Source: Chrysomallon squamiferum
Taxonomy: Eukaryota > Animalia > Mollusca
Assembly: GCA_012295275.1 (NCBI GenBank)
Contig: CM022665.1
Location: forward strand, 38,750,001 to 38,814,000
Direction of reading: 5' to 3'
Length of the DNA: 64,000 nt
Every line of letters starts with the position of its first letter. Position 1 is the stretch's first letter. The translations under genes were made by a program, and so were the position numbers. This document shows, one piece after another, positions 1-15,152 of this stretch. A model generated the notes under the pieces. It was not told where the DNA came from, did no database searches, and saw only the letters and a program-made list of their open reading frames with translations.

Positions 1-776
1 TCGAAGCATCCTGCTACTGATAGACGTCAAGGCTAAAGAAATACTATTTTTGTTTACCATTAAACAAAGCATGTATTCGTTAATAGTAGACAGAGTTGTT
101 ACATGATTTAATATAGACAGATTCGTTACGATAGAAAGAACAACATACCAAATTTGTTTAAACTAGCAGCTATGAACATAATCTTTAAAACTGATTTGAT
201 AATAAAGGGTTATAATGATTTCAAAATATATTTATTGATTAATACCATTTATTATATAAACACTTAGTGACTTACATACATGCGGGCACGCACAAGAAGA
301 CAGACACATTTCGGATTTCCATTTGACTCAGAATTTTAAAATTTTGTTTTATTTATATTCAAAATATTGATTAACATGAATTAAAATAAGAGTTTTAAAA
401 AGTTTATAAAAAGCTAGCACTGTAAACATATGGTTCTGTATTTTAAAAAAAATGATGACGAGAACAACAACAAAAAAACACATTTGTTTTTGGGGATAAA
501 CTTGTAGCTTTCATAATTCTTATGTCCATTTTAATTAATATTTGCATTGGTATGGGCATTAATTTACAGAAATATTCCCAAAAACATAATCATGAATTTT
601 TCACATTTTCAGTTGATAAACTGTCGCTCATTTAAAATATAAAATTGTTTTTAATAATAAAATATACAGATAATCGTTTCTACAGGAAATGAGCTACTTT
701 CCAATTATACGGAGACGCAGTTATCGCCCTTCCATTTATAAGCCTGAGCATAATCGTGTTCAAATTTAGTTTTATC

Positions 777-811
<35 letters not shown>

Positions 812-1385
812 AAGAAAAAGAAAGAAAAAGAAATAAAGAAAAGAAAAGAAAGAAAGGAAAAAAACCTGAAGAATTCATATTCTAACATGTTTATACTGCT
901 TTAAGCGAAAATATATATTTTGCAAAATAAATAAATAAATAAATAAATAAATAAACACAAATTAAAAAATAATAAAAAAATAAAATAAATATTTACTTTT
1001 GTTATTATTTTTTTCACGAGATTTACAACATATTTTATCAAAAATACAAGTATGTTACAAAAAGGTAGATTTGCAAGTTAACTTTACTGCAAAAAAAGAA
1101 AAAGAAAAAAGATAATAATAATAATAATAATAATAAAATCTTCATTTATTTCAAAAATGCTTTTTAAATATGGTTAAGAAATTAAAACATCATCGTTATT
1201 TACTGAACGTTGTTTTGAAGGGAGATAACCCGTGAGACATTAAATGTCAACATTCCCACTTTTTTTTTTTTTGCAGTTTTTCCATACTTAACAGAATAGC
1301 AGATGACATTTTAAAACAAGACAGACAAACATAAATAAATAAATATTCTTCTTGTCTATTCAGTGGTCCACGAAACTGAGTGCAT

Positions 1386-1386
<1 letters not shown>

Positions 1387-1481
<95 letters not shown>
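1387..1481. repeat. (CT)n microsatellite
   Basis: Pure dinucleotide run. Confidence 0.98.
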
Positions 1482-1484
<3 letters not shown>

Positions 1485-2004
1485 TTAACGTCATTACATT
1501 TATTTATATATTCATTGTTAAATGACAATATTTATTTATTTAATTTTATGTTTTAAAAATAAAATGTGGCTGTTATTGTTTAAAGTATTATTATTTAAAT
1601 CTACATCAGTGATTATAATTATTTATATCACAATTTCTCAAGAAGTAGTATTCTTTTACTGATTGACTAAATGACATCGATCACAATAGATACTTTATCA
1701 TTATATACATCATCATCATCATCATAACTATTATTATTATTATTATTATTATTGTTGTTGTTGTGCATAAGGTTATTTTACATAGTAATTTACACATAAA
1801 TACACACACACACACACATACACATAATTCACTTTAAATTCGTTTCACAAAATGAGTCGTTCTCTATTCTTTTATATTACTATTTTTGCTGTTGCTTTCC
1901 TTGATGTTGTTTATTCTCTTCTTTTTCTTCTTCTTATCTTTATTATCAACATCATTATCGCAGATTATTCTTGTTGTTCCAGTTGGTGCTACATATACTC
2001 CGTG

Positions 2005-2008
<4 letters not shown>

Positions 2009-2073
<65 letters not shown>
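2009..2073. repeat. (TC)n microsatellite
   Basis: Pure dinucleotide run. Confidence 0.98.
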
Positions 2074-2077
<4 letters not shown>

Positions 2078-5014
2078 ATGCCTGCTGCCTTTATGTCTGC
2101 CTACATCGCCATCAAAATCATACTCAGTCGGTGTATCGCTGTAAACTTTACAGTTGTTTTGTTGTGAAATATAAAACCTGGTCTGCTATAAACCTGTGAT
2201 ATTGTTCCATGATAAACACAAAACGCTTATTACACATCATGTTTGCAGAGAAACATTCTGCAATAAAAAACCCATCCGCTCTGTATCATATTTCAGAGTT
2301 CACAAGTATCCCATCCCAATTTGATATCAAACCCAATTATTATTATCATTTACAGCAGGTTGATAGCGTTTGGATACATTAATTAAAATTATTCTGGGAT
2401 GTCTCTTTGGTTTCATTAACATCATAAACAAAAATAATAATGGTGTATACATAAAAAATGATACAAAAAAATATATATTTCGAGAATAGGAGAAAATGAC
2501 ACCCGAGGGATTTCTTGATCAGAACAATGTCATTTTTTTAAAAAATATTTTAAATGTGATTTTCATGGGTTCATGGCATGTGAATAGTGAATTATTTCTT
2601 GAAAATTTGTCCTATACATCTTTTTGTTTTGCTATATTTCATAAGCTGTAGCAGAATTTTATATATATATATATATATTAATAGTACCACACTAGCACAA
2701 TGAATCATAATCTACTATTAGATACTGGATGTCATATAGCATTTTTAATATGTAATCTTCTGAGGAAACGAGTTACATTTAAAAAAAAAAAATTTCATTA
2801 AGAGCAATTTTATATGCATTTTCAAATAAATAAATATAATAAATAAATAAATAAATAAATAAATTCTTAATTAAATAATCCTGCATCTACACTAATTTTT
2901 AAAATATTATTCAGCAAAATTAATAAAACTCACGAAAATTAATAATAAACCTAAAAAGAGAAACAAAAAACATCAATCTAAATGTATTTCGTTTATTATG
3001 AACAAATAACCGTTACTATTATTTATTTTTTTAAATTTAAAATAAGTATTTTAATTACCACCGTATTTTTTTTACATGAATTTCATTTGTTAAAAATTAA
3101 ACGATTTTATATACTCCACGCTTTAAAATGTTCAAAAATTATCCATGCAGTATAAGGGATTAGTTTTCTCCTATTAACATTATAATCACTGGTAGAGTAT
3201 TGAAAGTATTTAATAGCTGATTTTTTTATTCACATAACTAACCTAATGAAGCGTTAGATACGTTGAATAATCAACAGATACATTTTGAAATATTTATTAC
3301 ATTTGTATGTGTATATATATGTATACAAAAATACACGCAAAGATGCATACATACATACATACATATATGTATATGCATTCATGTATAGTTAAATAAATGC
3401 ATAGATACATACATACCTGTGTATGTATGTGTTACGTATGCTGATCTCTAGACACATACACATATTAATAATTATACAAACACTGACGTGTAAATCCACT
3501 AACGACGGAAAGACTGGAGAAAAGGAAACATTATCATATGTCTTATTTATGAATTTGAATCCTCTATAGTTTCGTCTTGTGATTCCCTGGTGCTCATTTA
3601 TGTGAAAACACGCCTAATATATGTTTGTAGGGTATTTATATATAATTTTATGTTACATAAAACTAATAAAGAAGTAACTACAAAAACAACAACAACAACA
3701 AAATCCAGAACATTCAAACTAAACACAGCATTATTCAATAACTGAACACACTGAAATATTCTGAAGCTGTAAATTGCTTAATCTAGATGAACTAGAGGTT
3801 GAACAGTCTAGATAATTTACGCAGATTATGAGACTTTCAAAATATTTAGATGTCAAGACTACCAACTTCACGCTGTCAGTAATTAAACATAAATTTTCAA
3901 ACACTTCTGCTATTTGTACAAAGATTTTATGGCACGCAAACTAAAATCAAATACTGGCGCCTTGGAACAGAAGGGCTGTATTTCATTTTCTTTTCTTTTT
4001 TTAAGTCGCGAAAAACAAAAACAAGCAGAATTTATCTTTTTGTGACAGATACAAGTAGTTTGATGCTGGAGAGCATTTGTTAAAGAAAGGCAGCAATCAG
4101 CATATACCAATAATTAACAAATGTTGAAAGAAAATGGTTCTTTAGACGGTCGATTGTTTGAGGTAATGGATGAGACAGGTACAAGTGGCGGACCAATTCA
4201 AACTAAACCAGTCACTAGCCTCGTTTTAGGTGATGTGACAAACGAGAACATTCGATTGATTACGCTTGTCTCCAAGGGAATTAACTGCTTTAGACACTGG
4301 TATGTAGAAATGGTCGACAACGACGCTTTGGTGTCGAAGGTCAGGTTCCGTACTTGCCCCTAAAACTCTCGTCTTAAACGAACGAGGTTACGACGGCAAT
4401 GCAGATGTTTACAAATAAGTCACTATTAATAACAATCAATTTGACGACATGTTGAATTTTGCTTCGATAAATTTAAAGGACGACTGAACGGAGCTGAAAA
4501 CATTTCAATCGATTATGTATGTCAGAAGTCCTCCTTATCATGTCCACTAAGCGCCACCATTTAAGCTTTCTTTAAAGGATAAAAGAAACAAACAGAATTA
4601 AGGATCGCTTAATGTAGAAAATTTATGAGTTAAAGCAGAGAGCAAACGCATTAAGAAAACTTGAAGACGATTAGTGAAATGAAGAAAAATATATCGATGC
4701 AATTAGTCACAACAAGAAATGATATTGATTCCGCATTTCAGTAATATATTTTATTTATTTGATTACCAGGGATCAATCACGCATTGCATTCACATGAATA
4801 GTGTTTTTTACTTTTGTATTAAATCAGATGTAGCAAAATGTTATGTTAAAGCCTGTTTGCATTCTGTTCAGATTTCTGATAAATGGTTTGTAACGTCAGT
4901 ATTATTTTCAAAAAAATAAAATATAATATAATAAAATAAAAAATAAATAAATAAATAAAGTCGACAAAAAGAAAATCATGAGAACCAATTTGACCATCTT
5001 ACAAATTCATTCTA

Positions 5015-5064
<50 letters not shown>

Positions 5065-6992
5065 ACCGTTGTTGTTGTTGTTGTTGCTGTTAATATTTTA
5101 CGATTACTATTAACAGCATTCATGAATTTGTCTGACTTTTTTGTCAGAAAATGACAGGTTAATAACTTAAGGATGTGTCTATTATTGGTTGTCTCCCTTT
5201 TGTTGATTAACAATAAAGCAAACCCTTATACTATTAGTGAAACAATCACTGCCTGAACTTGACTGATATATGTTGTAAATTATAATATATGGCCTAGCGC
5301 TGCCTGTATCTTTCATAGGTACTATATGTGATATAATAATTCATTTTATTCTTGTGTTTTGTGACTGAATTTATAATAAATGGGTGTGAAATTTATAATA
5401 AATACTCAAAATAGTAAATGTGTTGTTATTTGTTAATTGTTAATTGTTAGTTGCTTAATTATTCCCTGATGCTGACTGTGTAAACATGGTTGCATGTTAG
5501 GTAGAAGGCAAACGATTAGCACTTCATTCAGCATGCCTGTGTTGTTATAAGATGTGTGACAAATGGGATGTGTAATAAATGGGAGGATGTCATATTATTA
5601 GTCATAAATCTATTTATATAACTGCACACGTATACCAAACTGATTTCGGATTGGCACTGTCCAGAAACAGATGTTACATTATTTAATCATGATAGCTTCA
5701 TCAAAACAGCCGCCTAGTTTGGTGACAAATTTTGCAAATTATATGCTATTTTTCTTTCTGTATTTGATTTTAATATAATATGTTGGAATAAAGTCGTAAT
5801 ATATCGACAGTCTATGTGGATTGTTTGGGGTTTTTAAATTTATAATTTGTTGTTGTTGTTGTTGTTGTTTTAGTTTTTATTTGACCTTTGAAGGCGTACT
5901 TGGCTTATGTCAGATTGCCACAGGCAGCACATTAATCCACACTCAAACCCATACATGCAAAACCTACCGCAGTCAACGTTTTTTGCTTTTTTTTTTTTTT
6001 TTTTTTCTCTAATGACTGTACTTTTTCTGCTCGTTACGCTGACTGTGATGAGTGTACTTAGACAGTTAGGTCACGATCGTAGTCCTCGTTGAAAACCAGT
6101 TATGCATTTAACTCACTGTAATTTGTTTTGAGTATTCCAATTCCAAACTTAATATCTTGCCCACATTCAGGCTCAGCATCGTTCAGCAGTCGCTGAAGAA
6201 GATATTGTTCTAACATTAACATTAAACGAAAGCATCTTACATCACATAAACAGGCTGGAACTTTAAGGCAAGGGAGTTAATTGAAATCCAATTTGCAATC
6301 CATTGGATAAATGACTTAGAGTAAAACCTTTTAGCTCCCGGCCTCATTTGATTGAAGTTCAATGACTGTAACTGTGGATTGGTTCCCGCTTTTGTACGCT
6401 CTGTTGGCATTAAATATCGTAAAGTTGGCTTATAAAGCTGATGGTAATTGTTTGAAAGCAGTCGCTGTTTTCAGCTGGAAAGCCAGTTAGCGATTTCCAT
6501 GATGGACACTGTGTGTCTGTCCATTTTTCATTTACAGCTAATATGAGAGAGTCGGTTAATCTTTAAGACACGCATTAACAAATAAATTATCCAAACACAC
6601 ACCATAGCACGCAGTTTATTGTTAAATGTCTTCAGTGTTTTTCTGTTATAAAATTACAATACACTATACGGCTTTGAAAGTTGTGTTTTTATTATTGAAA
6701 CAAGGTTCCGGGGCATTTAGATCAAACGTTATTCTGTAGAATGGCAAACTAATAAGAAGAAATCGTTAGCAAGAATTAGTAACGTGCTTACATCAAATGA
6801 AGGTTCAAGCACTTGGGCTATTAAATCGACAAGAATATTGCAATTCAAAGAAACAGAGGAATAGACAAAGAGCAAGAAACAAAATAGACATAGATGTAGA
6901 TGTATGCAGATACACAAAAAGGAACAACAACAAAAAGGAGAATTATATGAAATATGCATAAATTTGTATTTAAGGATATGTATGCGAGCGAT

Positions 6993-6993
<1 letters not shown>

Positions 6994-7044
<51 letters not shown>
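6994..7044. repeat. (GT)n microsatellite
   Basis: Pure dinucleotide run. Confidence 0.97.
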
Positions 7045-7046
<2 letters not shown>

Positions 7047-7440
7047 ATATATGGCATTCAAATTAAAACAGAAGAATACTCATGTTTGGAATCCTTAGTC
7101 AATGAGATAGTTATACATTTTACGACATAATAATAATAATAATAATAATAATATATTATTACAATTATTATTATTATTATTATTATATATTATTATTATT
7201 ATTATCATTGTTATGAGACAGTTAATAGTACTACTACTGCTACTGCTGCTGCTATTACTACTACTACTACTGCCATTTCTACTACTACAACTAATAATAA
7301 TTATTATAATAACAACAAATAACTTAGGTTTTGTTTTCATTTTTTCTTGAAAAAAAAAAAAAAAGATGAATAAAAACAAAACAAAATTAAAAAAGTAGGT
7401 TTTTAAAACAATTATAACTACTACTACTGCTGCTATTAAA

Positions 7441-7471
<31 letters not shown>

Positions 7472-7759
7472 TTGCCCATTTTGTAATGTATTCGGCAATG
7501 ATTTCGTAATGAAAGAAATATTTTAAAATGTCACTATCGAATGAATATGTACAAGATTTTCTTTAGAATAATTATCTGAAATATAAAGAGAGAGAGAAAA
7601 AAAAAAGAATGAAGAAAAAAGTAAAAAGTAAAATGCGTAATTTATATTAAATTTTAACAGCACGTGCATAAATTCAACATCAATTTCACATTACTCTGAT
7701 CAAAGACATAAATGATTTTATGTACTTATCGTCTAAAACATTAACTTAAAAAAAAAAAA

Positions 7760-7797
<38 letters not shown>

Positions 7798-8652
7798 AAT
7801 TAAAAAAAAGTAAATTCGAAACTAATTCCATCTTTTGTTTCTGTTTATTCTGTCGTAAGAACAAACTTTACAAACAAAACCGACGACCCACTTAAGATGA
7901 CTCGCTGCACGTGCATGTTAGCGAACCGACCGGAAATGCATGCCGTGTTCCTGGCACGAGACAGTACGATTTATCTCTCGACTGTTCGCTGGCGTGAATC
8001 GACGCGTAGGGCAATTAAACCCAGGTTCGGAACCGAAATGGAATCTTTGTTCTTGTTTTCTCTGAATATATTTATGGATGTTTGAAAACATACTGTTGCA
8101 TTTATACCTGTCAGCACATTTCCTGTCGGTATGTATCGAGACACATACAGCCTCCGTCGCCATTGTCACGGATAACTCAGCTCCACGATAACTCGTGTAC
8201 CGGATCTAACATTAAGGAAGCGCCGCTTCTGTCATTAATAAATCGATCGCGCCAATACATAATCTTTTGTATTGCCGGTTCGGGATTTCTCTGACATTTT
8301 GTATGCGTTTTAATGATCAATACACGTTAAATGCTTCGCTTCTTTTCTATGAAAAATCTCTTTGACAGCTAAACGTTCGTGGCACGGGGAGCAAAGTTGA
8401 CGATACAGAATCAAAGATTACATATTAACTGACAATATTTTATCAATGTCCTTTATGTCCGTAAAGCAAGGGGAAAAAAAAAAAAAAAAAAAAAAAAAGA
8501 TGCAGAGAGTTATAAATGGATTTTAAGAACTCTAGCTAGTTCAATACGTCAATAGCATGATGGCCTTATACATTTAAAAAAAAAAAAAAAAAAAATTATA
8601 TTTTTAGTTATTATCTTATTATATGAAAATAATGAATTCTATAGTGTAATAA

Positions 8653-8700
<48 letters not shown>

Positions 8701-8906
8701 GTAATTATTATTATTATTATGTTTTTCATTATTTTTTATTTTTAATTATTTGAAAAAACAATCGTTATGAAAAATGTATTGCTGTAGAATACGGAGCAGG
8801 AAAAGGACTGTGCATTAAAATGAACAAATATCCAACCTTTTTTCTAAAATATAAAAATAAAAAAGTTAATTTATAAAAAGACAAAATAAAACCAACACAA
8901 AACAAC

Positions 8907-8938
<32 letters not shown>

Positions 8939-8983
8939 TAATAATCTTATTAAAAGATAAGGAATATTTATTTATTTATAAAT

Positions 8984-9018
<35 letters not shown>

Positions 9019-9325
9019 TTTTCTTCTAAATATTAAAATTTTATGTTTACGCTCCATAAATAAGTTGGACAACTGTTGGTTTGACTTGAAAACTTAAAAT
9101 GTTTTAGTTAAAAAAATAAATACAATGATAATTATGTTGAAGAGCTTTTATATGAAAATATTTTTATTAGAAGATGTCTAAATTTCTACTGATTTCACAG
9201 ACTAAATAACTAAATCAAACGACAACAAAACTTGGAGTTTTCACAAGACACTAGTCTATTACTAAATAAAAAAGAAATATAAACTTAAAAATCTCAGGAA
9301 TATATACACATCCGCACACACACAC

Positions 9326-9362
<37 letters not shown>

Positions 9363-9507
9363 CGTAAGTTTTTATTATATTGCTCATAGCTTGTAAAAGT
9401 CAATATTTAAGCTAAAGTTTGTTGTATATCCATATATTAATTTTTCTCTTTCTTTCTTCTTTCATATTCTTCTTCACGACTGCATGGCAAATGAATCTTA
9501 AGTCTGT

Positions 9508-9676
9508 TTTCATTTTGCGAGTAGTCAGCGAAGGACTGAACATCCAGCCTCTTGATGTCCTCTGTACACGAGTACGCTTAAGACGTGCTCCTCCAGTATA
9601 CACTCCAGTTGGAGAGACACTTGCTAATACGGTTTGCCTGAGGTCGTATTTGTTTAACGGTTCTTATGTGAGACAA
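9508..9676 (+). repeat. Left arm of a 169-bp inverted repeat
   Basis: Manual alignment to the reverse complement of 10733-10901 gives 165/169 identity with no gaps. The same peptide appears in ORFs 9419..9691(+) and 10718..10984(-). Confidence 0.97.
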
Positions 9677-9978
9677 CGGTTGAATGACTAATGGATTAAG
9701 GATCTGCGAGGATAACTTCAACAGAACATCAGCAGAACAACAAGAATTAATATTTATTAAGTAAGGTCTGCATTGATTAAGATAGTGAACAATTTAAGAT
9801 TTTGTTTATTTAAATTAGAAGTAATTCTGAAGAGTTTCAGATTTGTTGTCCATCATTGGTCCTTTTAGAATCCATACGTGCTTACTTTCCATGGAAAGGC
9901 ATCAATGTTTTTTTTTTTTTCATATCATTTTTAGATGTGTACACATATACCCCCCAAAAATCATCTGTCGACACATAT

Positions 9979-10037
<59 letters not shown>

Positions 10038-10732
10038 TTTACTTATTAATTTTTTAATAGCTGTTGGAGCATTGGTTTTTAATTAATTCACATCTTTTAT
10101 TTAGTATTGTTTTAGTATGGTCGTGGAGATTATGACGATGATGTCATTTTTCGATTTAGTAATCTTTTCATTTTTTTCTTCTAACTTGTTGACAAAAGGT
10201 TATAAACGTAGTATTGCACAGAACAGTCGGTGCTTGTGTTAACTTAAAACTGTACAAATAATAAATAATGAAATATTGATAGGATTTCGTTTTCTGAAAT
10301 ATTTAGTTATTAGCCTTTCTGTGGCAAGAATTGATTTTTCTGAGTTTTCGAAGTAGTTCAAATATTAAAAGTGTTTACTTGGGTATGAAAAACACTGTAA
10401 CAGAAAAGCATGTACTTAAAGGAATGTTAAGAAATTAAGATCCTCGGATTTGACAGTTATTACGGTTCATGTATGTTCTGTCTGTCTGCCAGTCTCTGTC
10501 TTTCTTTCTGATTTCTCTTTCCTCTTTTCTTGTTATTTATCCTATAATCATGATTTCTATCTTAACAGTTATTGTCATTATCATAATTTTGTTCTATATA
10601 ATCACCATCACCATGATTATCATTTTCTTCTTCACAACCATAATCACATTCATTTATTTCATGTATAGCTAATGTATTGCTCTTTCAATCTGTATATGTT
10701 TCCAGCTATTTAATCCATTAAACAGCCAGCCC

Positions 10733-10901
10733 TTGTCTCACATAAGAACCGTTAAACAAATACGACCTCGGGCAAACCGTATTAGCAAGTGTCTCTCCAA
10801 CTGGAGTGTATACTGGAGGAGCACGTCTTAGGCGTACTCGTGTACAGAGGACATCAAGAGGCTGGATGTTCAGTCCTTCGTTAACTACTCGCAAAATGAA
10901 A
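10733..10901 (-). repeat. Right arm of a 169-bp inverted repeat
   Basis: Reverse complement of 9508-9676 with 4 transition differences; spacer 1,056 bp. Confidence 0.97.
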
Positions 10902-12179
10902 GCCTGTTGACGATTCATAGCACTTGTCTCTGTGGTAATTAACTCAGGTGGAACAGCCATCAAGCCACGCCATGAGTGATCCACTATGTTGACTTAAGAC
11001 CATATCGGCTGTTCATCGATCTTATAATCGCCGTATCTCTTACATGGGCAGCAGTAGTCGACATACACCATTCACGCACAACTTTATTTGTGCATCCGAT
11101 TTAAAGGCAAATCTAAAAGCTTCGAAAATATGATACGATCAGACAGATTTCCTGTCGGTGGTTCAACCGGATGTGGCGCCATTTGCAATCCTTCTGTCGT
11201 ATTTGGCCAATCGAATAAAGAATTTGCTGAATCCATTTGGCTTATATCCACATTTATCGCACTAACATCCGGTGTTTACTTAGAACGTATGACAATACCA
11301 TTATTTCTAGATAGGTAGACTACTGTAAATAGCTGGACGTGACATTGGGCGATTTGTCAAAAATTATCTGGACATTAATTCTTTCTGTTTTCTATCGATC
11401 TTGTACTTTTTTCCATGAATACAATCGCGTCCAATTAAATTTCAGTTGCCAATGACACTGAATGAAAAGAATTCACAGATACTTTGCAGAATTAAAGGTA
11501 AATATATGCTTAAAACATACACACACAAAATAGAAGTAAAAAAAAAATGAAAAAAAGAAGAAGAAAAGAACTGAAACAGAGAACATAATTTGAAAGTTTT
11601 TATCGTATCAGATTCTTTCTGCTGGAAAATAGTTTGCTGTGGTCAATATATTTATTTATATTTATTTTATATTTATGATTAGTAAGCCATTTATTTACCT
11701 GGCTAGTCAGGTAAATTTACTTTAGCAAGGAAGAATCTGATTCCTTCCATTAACGCATTTAGTGAAATAATAAAGTACTAAGATTTAACCTTGAGGTAGA
11801 CATAACTGGTTACTTTCACAAGGTGTGTATATCACCTTTTAGTTTTTGTTTATCAAAATCAATATGTTTAATATCTAAATTATAAAAATGTTTAACTGCT
11901 CAAAGCTACATCACTTAGTATCTGAAAGTCTTTTCTCGGTTCTTACGTTTAAAATATCAAAGCTTACCCTTACTAATTTTTCAACAGTTTGATCAATTAC
12001 GGTATTGTGTTAATATCTAAAAGAAGATGTAACAGTGTATTCAAAAGATAAATCAGAAATAATGGCAGTAGCACACACATTTTATAACAGATGCTTCATA
12101 CTTTAACTTGTTCATGAAAATATACTTGTTTATCATACAAAGACAAAATTTTTCTTATGAAAATTGTTTGTTAATTTGT

Positions 12180-12410
12180 GTATATGCACAGGGAAGGGTG
12201 GTTGGATAGATAAATGATTGTGCTTAGGCTATCTGTGGATTAAGAAATAACTTAGTGATCAGAGCTGAGGAGTGCCTCGTGTTAGATCGCAGGCCAATTT
12301 CCCATTATTAATATTGGTCCTGAACTGTGTGTATAACGCCACATAACTGCAGATTAATAATATCTTGAGACTGTCTCTAAATAAAACATTTCATCTTATC
12401 TTCTTTCTTA
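12180..12410 (+). mobile_element. Degenerate SINE 3' remnant
   Basis: TGGTCCTGAAC…ACGCCACATAAC…TTGAG…TAAATAAAACATTTC followed by a pyrimidine-rich tail. Resembles the 3' end of the same recalled mollusc SINE family; recognition is from memory only. Confidence 0.35.
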
Positions 12411-12983
12411 AGGTTGTTTTTTATTGCTGTTTTTTTTTTTCTCAAAATAAATTAAGCGAATTCAAAGCAGTTGTTATCTATAATATCAGCAACATAAAAA
12501 CACGACAATAAAAACAAAATCTGAAATATCGACGTGTCATTCTAACTCTGCGAGCATTACCGTTTCTTTCGCAGGTAGATTTTAGCACCTATAGATAGCA
12601 AAATCCTAATGGATTCTTTCACGAGCGACGCAATGCTTCCATTCAAAACATGCTTAACTCTCAGATTTTCTTCGCATTTTAAAACCAAAGCCATTTAACA
12701 ACCTTTAATGGCACCGCTTTTGTTTCCAGTTTTTAAAAAGAAATTTTTGCTCATAGCTTTAAACCGCGAAAACAAAATCGCTGTGTTATCTTTGTTTTGG
12801 GGAAATAAGACATTATCGAATGCCTGCACAATGGATTTTCACAGCCCATTAGTCCATTCTTTGCCGTGCCATCATTAATGGCTCTCAGAAAACAATCTCT
12901 AAGTACGAAGCTCTTACTCGCCAATAGTCCAAACCACTATTTTTGAAGTTTTTTAAAGACAAGACATAAAGACGTTTTTCAGC

Positions 12984-12985
<2 letters not shown>

Positions 12986-13078
<93 letters not shown>
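12986..13078. repeat. (CT)n microsatellite
   Basis: Pure dinucleotide run. Confidence 0.98.
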
Positions 13079-13082
<4 letters not shown>

Positions 13083-13961
13083 ATCAACAGTACTGGTGGC
13101 ATAAGAAAAATACTTGGAAATAAAATATGTTGTTCAAATTAAGTTTTTCTTTCTAATAAGTTAATAGATAAGATACAAGAGACGAATCTCCTGCACAGTC
13201 TTTTTTGGATTAGGATATTAAGATTTTTCTTATGTTTTGTCGGTTTTTTTTGTTGTTGTTTTATTTTCATTTTCAAATTTTCTTCGTTTGTTTCAAAATC
13301 TGTTTAGTGAATCCACTTGATAATCTTTTTTTTTTTTTAGACAATTTTGTTTCTTATTCATTATTTTCTTTTCTTATTGCTTTCTCTATTTGGTCTTTCA
13401 TTTGTTTCTTCATTTTCTTCTTCTTTTATTTTAATTTTTTGATCTTCTTGTTTGTATTTTTTCTGTTTTTTATTTGACTACATCTGTTAATGAACTGATG
13501 CATCGTTGATCACACGAGTGTATGATCGTAAGTATTAATACAACAATTAGAATAAATCTAAAATAACTTCACAAAATAACGTTATTGGTCAGGAACTAGA
13601 AGAAAAGAATCAATCATTGAAAAGAACGTAACATGTCATTTCGATTAAATATTGAAATACATTCTTTATTTCCAGCAAAGTATAATTACGGTATTGCATT
13701 TGCAGATCATTATTCTATAAAATTTTAAAGTTTATTTATTTATTTATCGATTTATTTGTTTGTTTATTTATTTATTTATTTGTTTGTTTGTTTGTTTGTT
13801 TGTTTGTTTGTTTGTTTGTTTGTTTGTTTGTTTGTTTGTTTGTCTTGTTTTGTTTTGTTTGTGTACTGATTGTGCTTTCAGGTGCTTTTCTTAGTTTACT
13901 TCTTTTCTTCTTCTCACTATGATTATTATTATTATTATTTAAATATTATTATTATTATTAT

Positions 13962-14008
<47 letters not shown>

Positions 14009-14745
14009 ATAGTAATAGTAGTAATAGTAGTAGTGCTAGTAGTAGTACTAGTAGAATAAAGAGAAAAAAAGATAGTAAAAACCATTAAGTTACAGAGGTA
14101 TAAACACTCCAACTCTCAATCAAATTTGCTTCTGCTGCAGCCTTCGTGTTCAGACGGTTGCGCCACACGTCACGGTAACCCACGAGGTCTGTCTGACGAT
14201 CGCGCGCATTGTCTGCTTCATCTGTCAGCACGCGCCTGGTCGCGCCACGGCAATGAAAAACATTCACGCGACCGAGAATCGACCAGTGATTCAATTATAT
14301 GCATAATTAAGCTTCTGGATAACTGATATTCTTAATTCATGCTACTTTGCCTCTTTAGGCAAATTAAAGTGCCCAACAGAATTAACTCGTGAAGCGATAT
14401 GCAGGACTCGGGTTTCAGCGTATGATTTTGATGACGTTTTCATGAAGAAATTAGTCTTAATTCAACACCTTTCAGTGAACAAGGTCACGGTTGAAAGAGA
14501 CAGGCAAAGGATTTGTCTGATGATTATTCCAGAACGTAGACGAGTGGAGGGATGTATAAACAAGTGACTAAATAAATGAATGAATGAATGAATGAATGAA
14601 TGATAATTGTGTTTAATGATAACACAATACATTTTACTATTAATAAATTTGAGAACTGAATGAATGAATAGATGTTTGACATCTCATTATATTTTAATAT
14701 AAATGGTTATTAAATGTCAGATTTATTTATTTATTTATTTGTTTG

Positions 14746-14794
<49 letters not shown>

Positions 14795-15100
14795 GTTGTT
14801 ATTATTATTATTATTATATTTAGTTCGTTTTATTTATTTTATTTTTTACTACTTTCGTTTTTTATGACTATTGCGATGGATCATTTTATATTTTTCTTCC
14901 CTGTTATTAAATTTTATAAAAGCCTGTGCTATGTGTAACTAAACATACTATAGGCTTTTATAAACAATGTCACGGGCACTGGTGATAACGGATCACGTAA
15001 TGAAGAAGAAACTAATAAAAGTGAAAGTTATAATGTTTAAGTAAACAAATAGGCTAATAAATTAATTAGCATTATGTCCGTTTTTTATTATATGCATGCT

Positions 15101-15152
<52 letters not shown>

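Noticed and set aside
4121-4363. 80-aa ATG-initiated ORF with protein-like composition
   Set aside because: No recognisable family or clear splice signals; more simply a non-coding island, although a small orphan exon is not excluded.
9419-10984. Two ORFs sharing a ~56-aa peptide, suggesting duplicated small genes
   Set aside because: The similarity follows from the DNA inverted repeat. The starts are non-ATG or lie in low-complexity flanks, and there is no recognisable domain.
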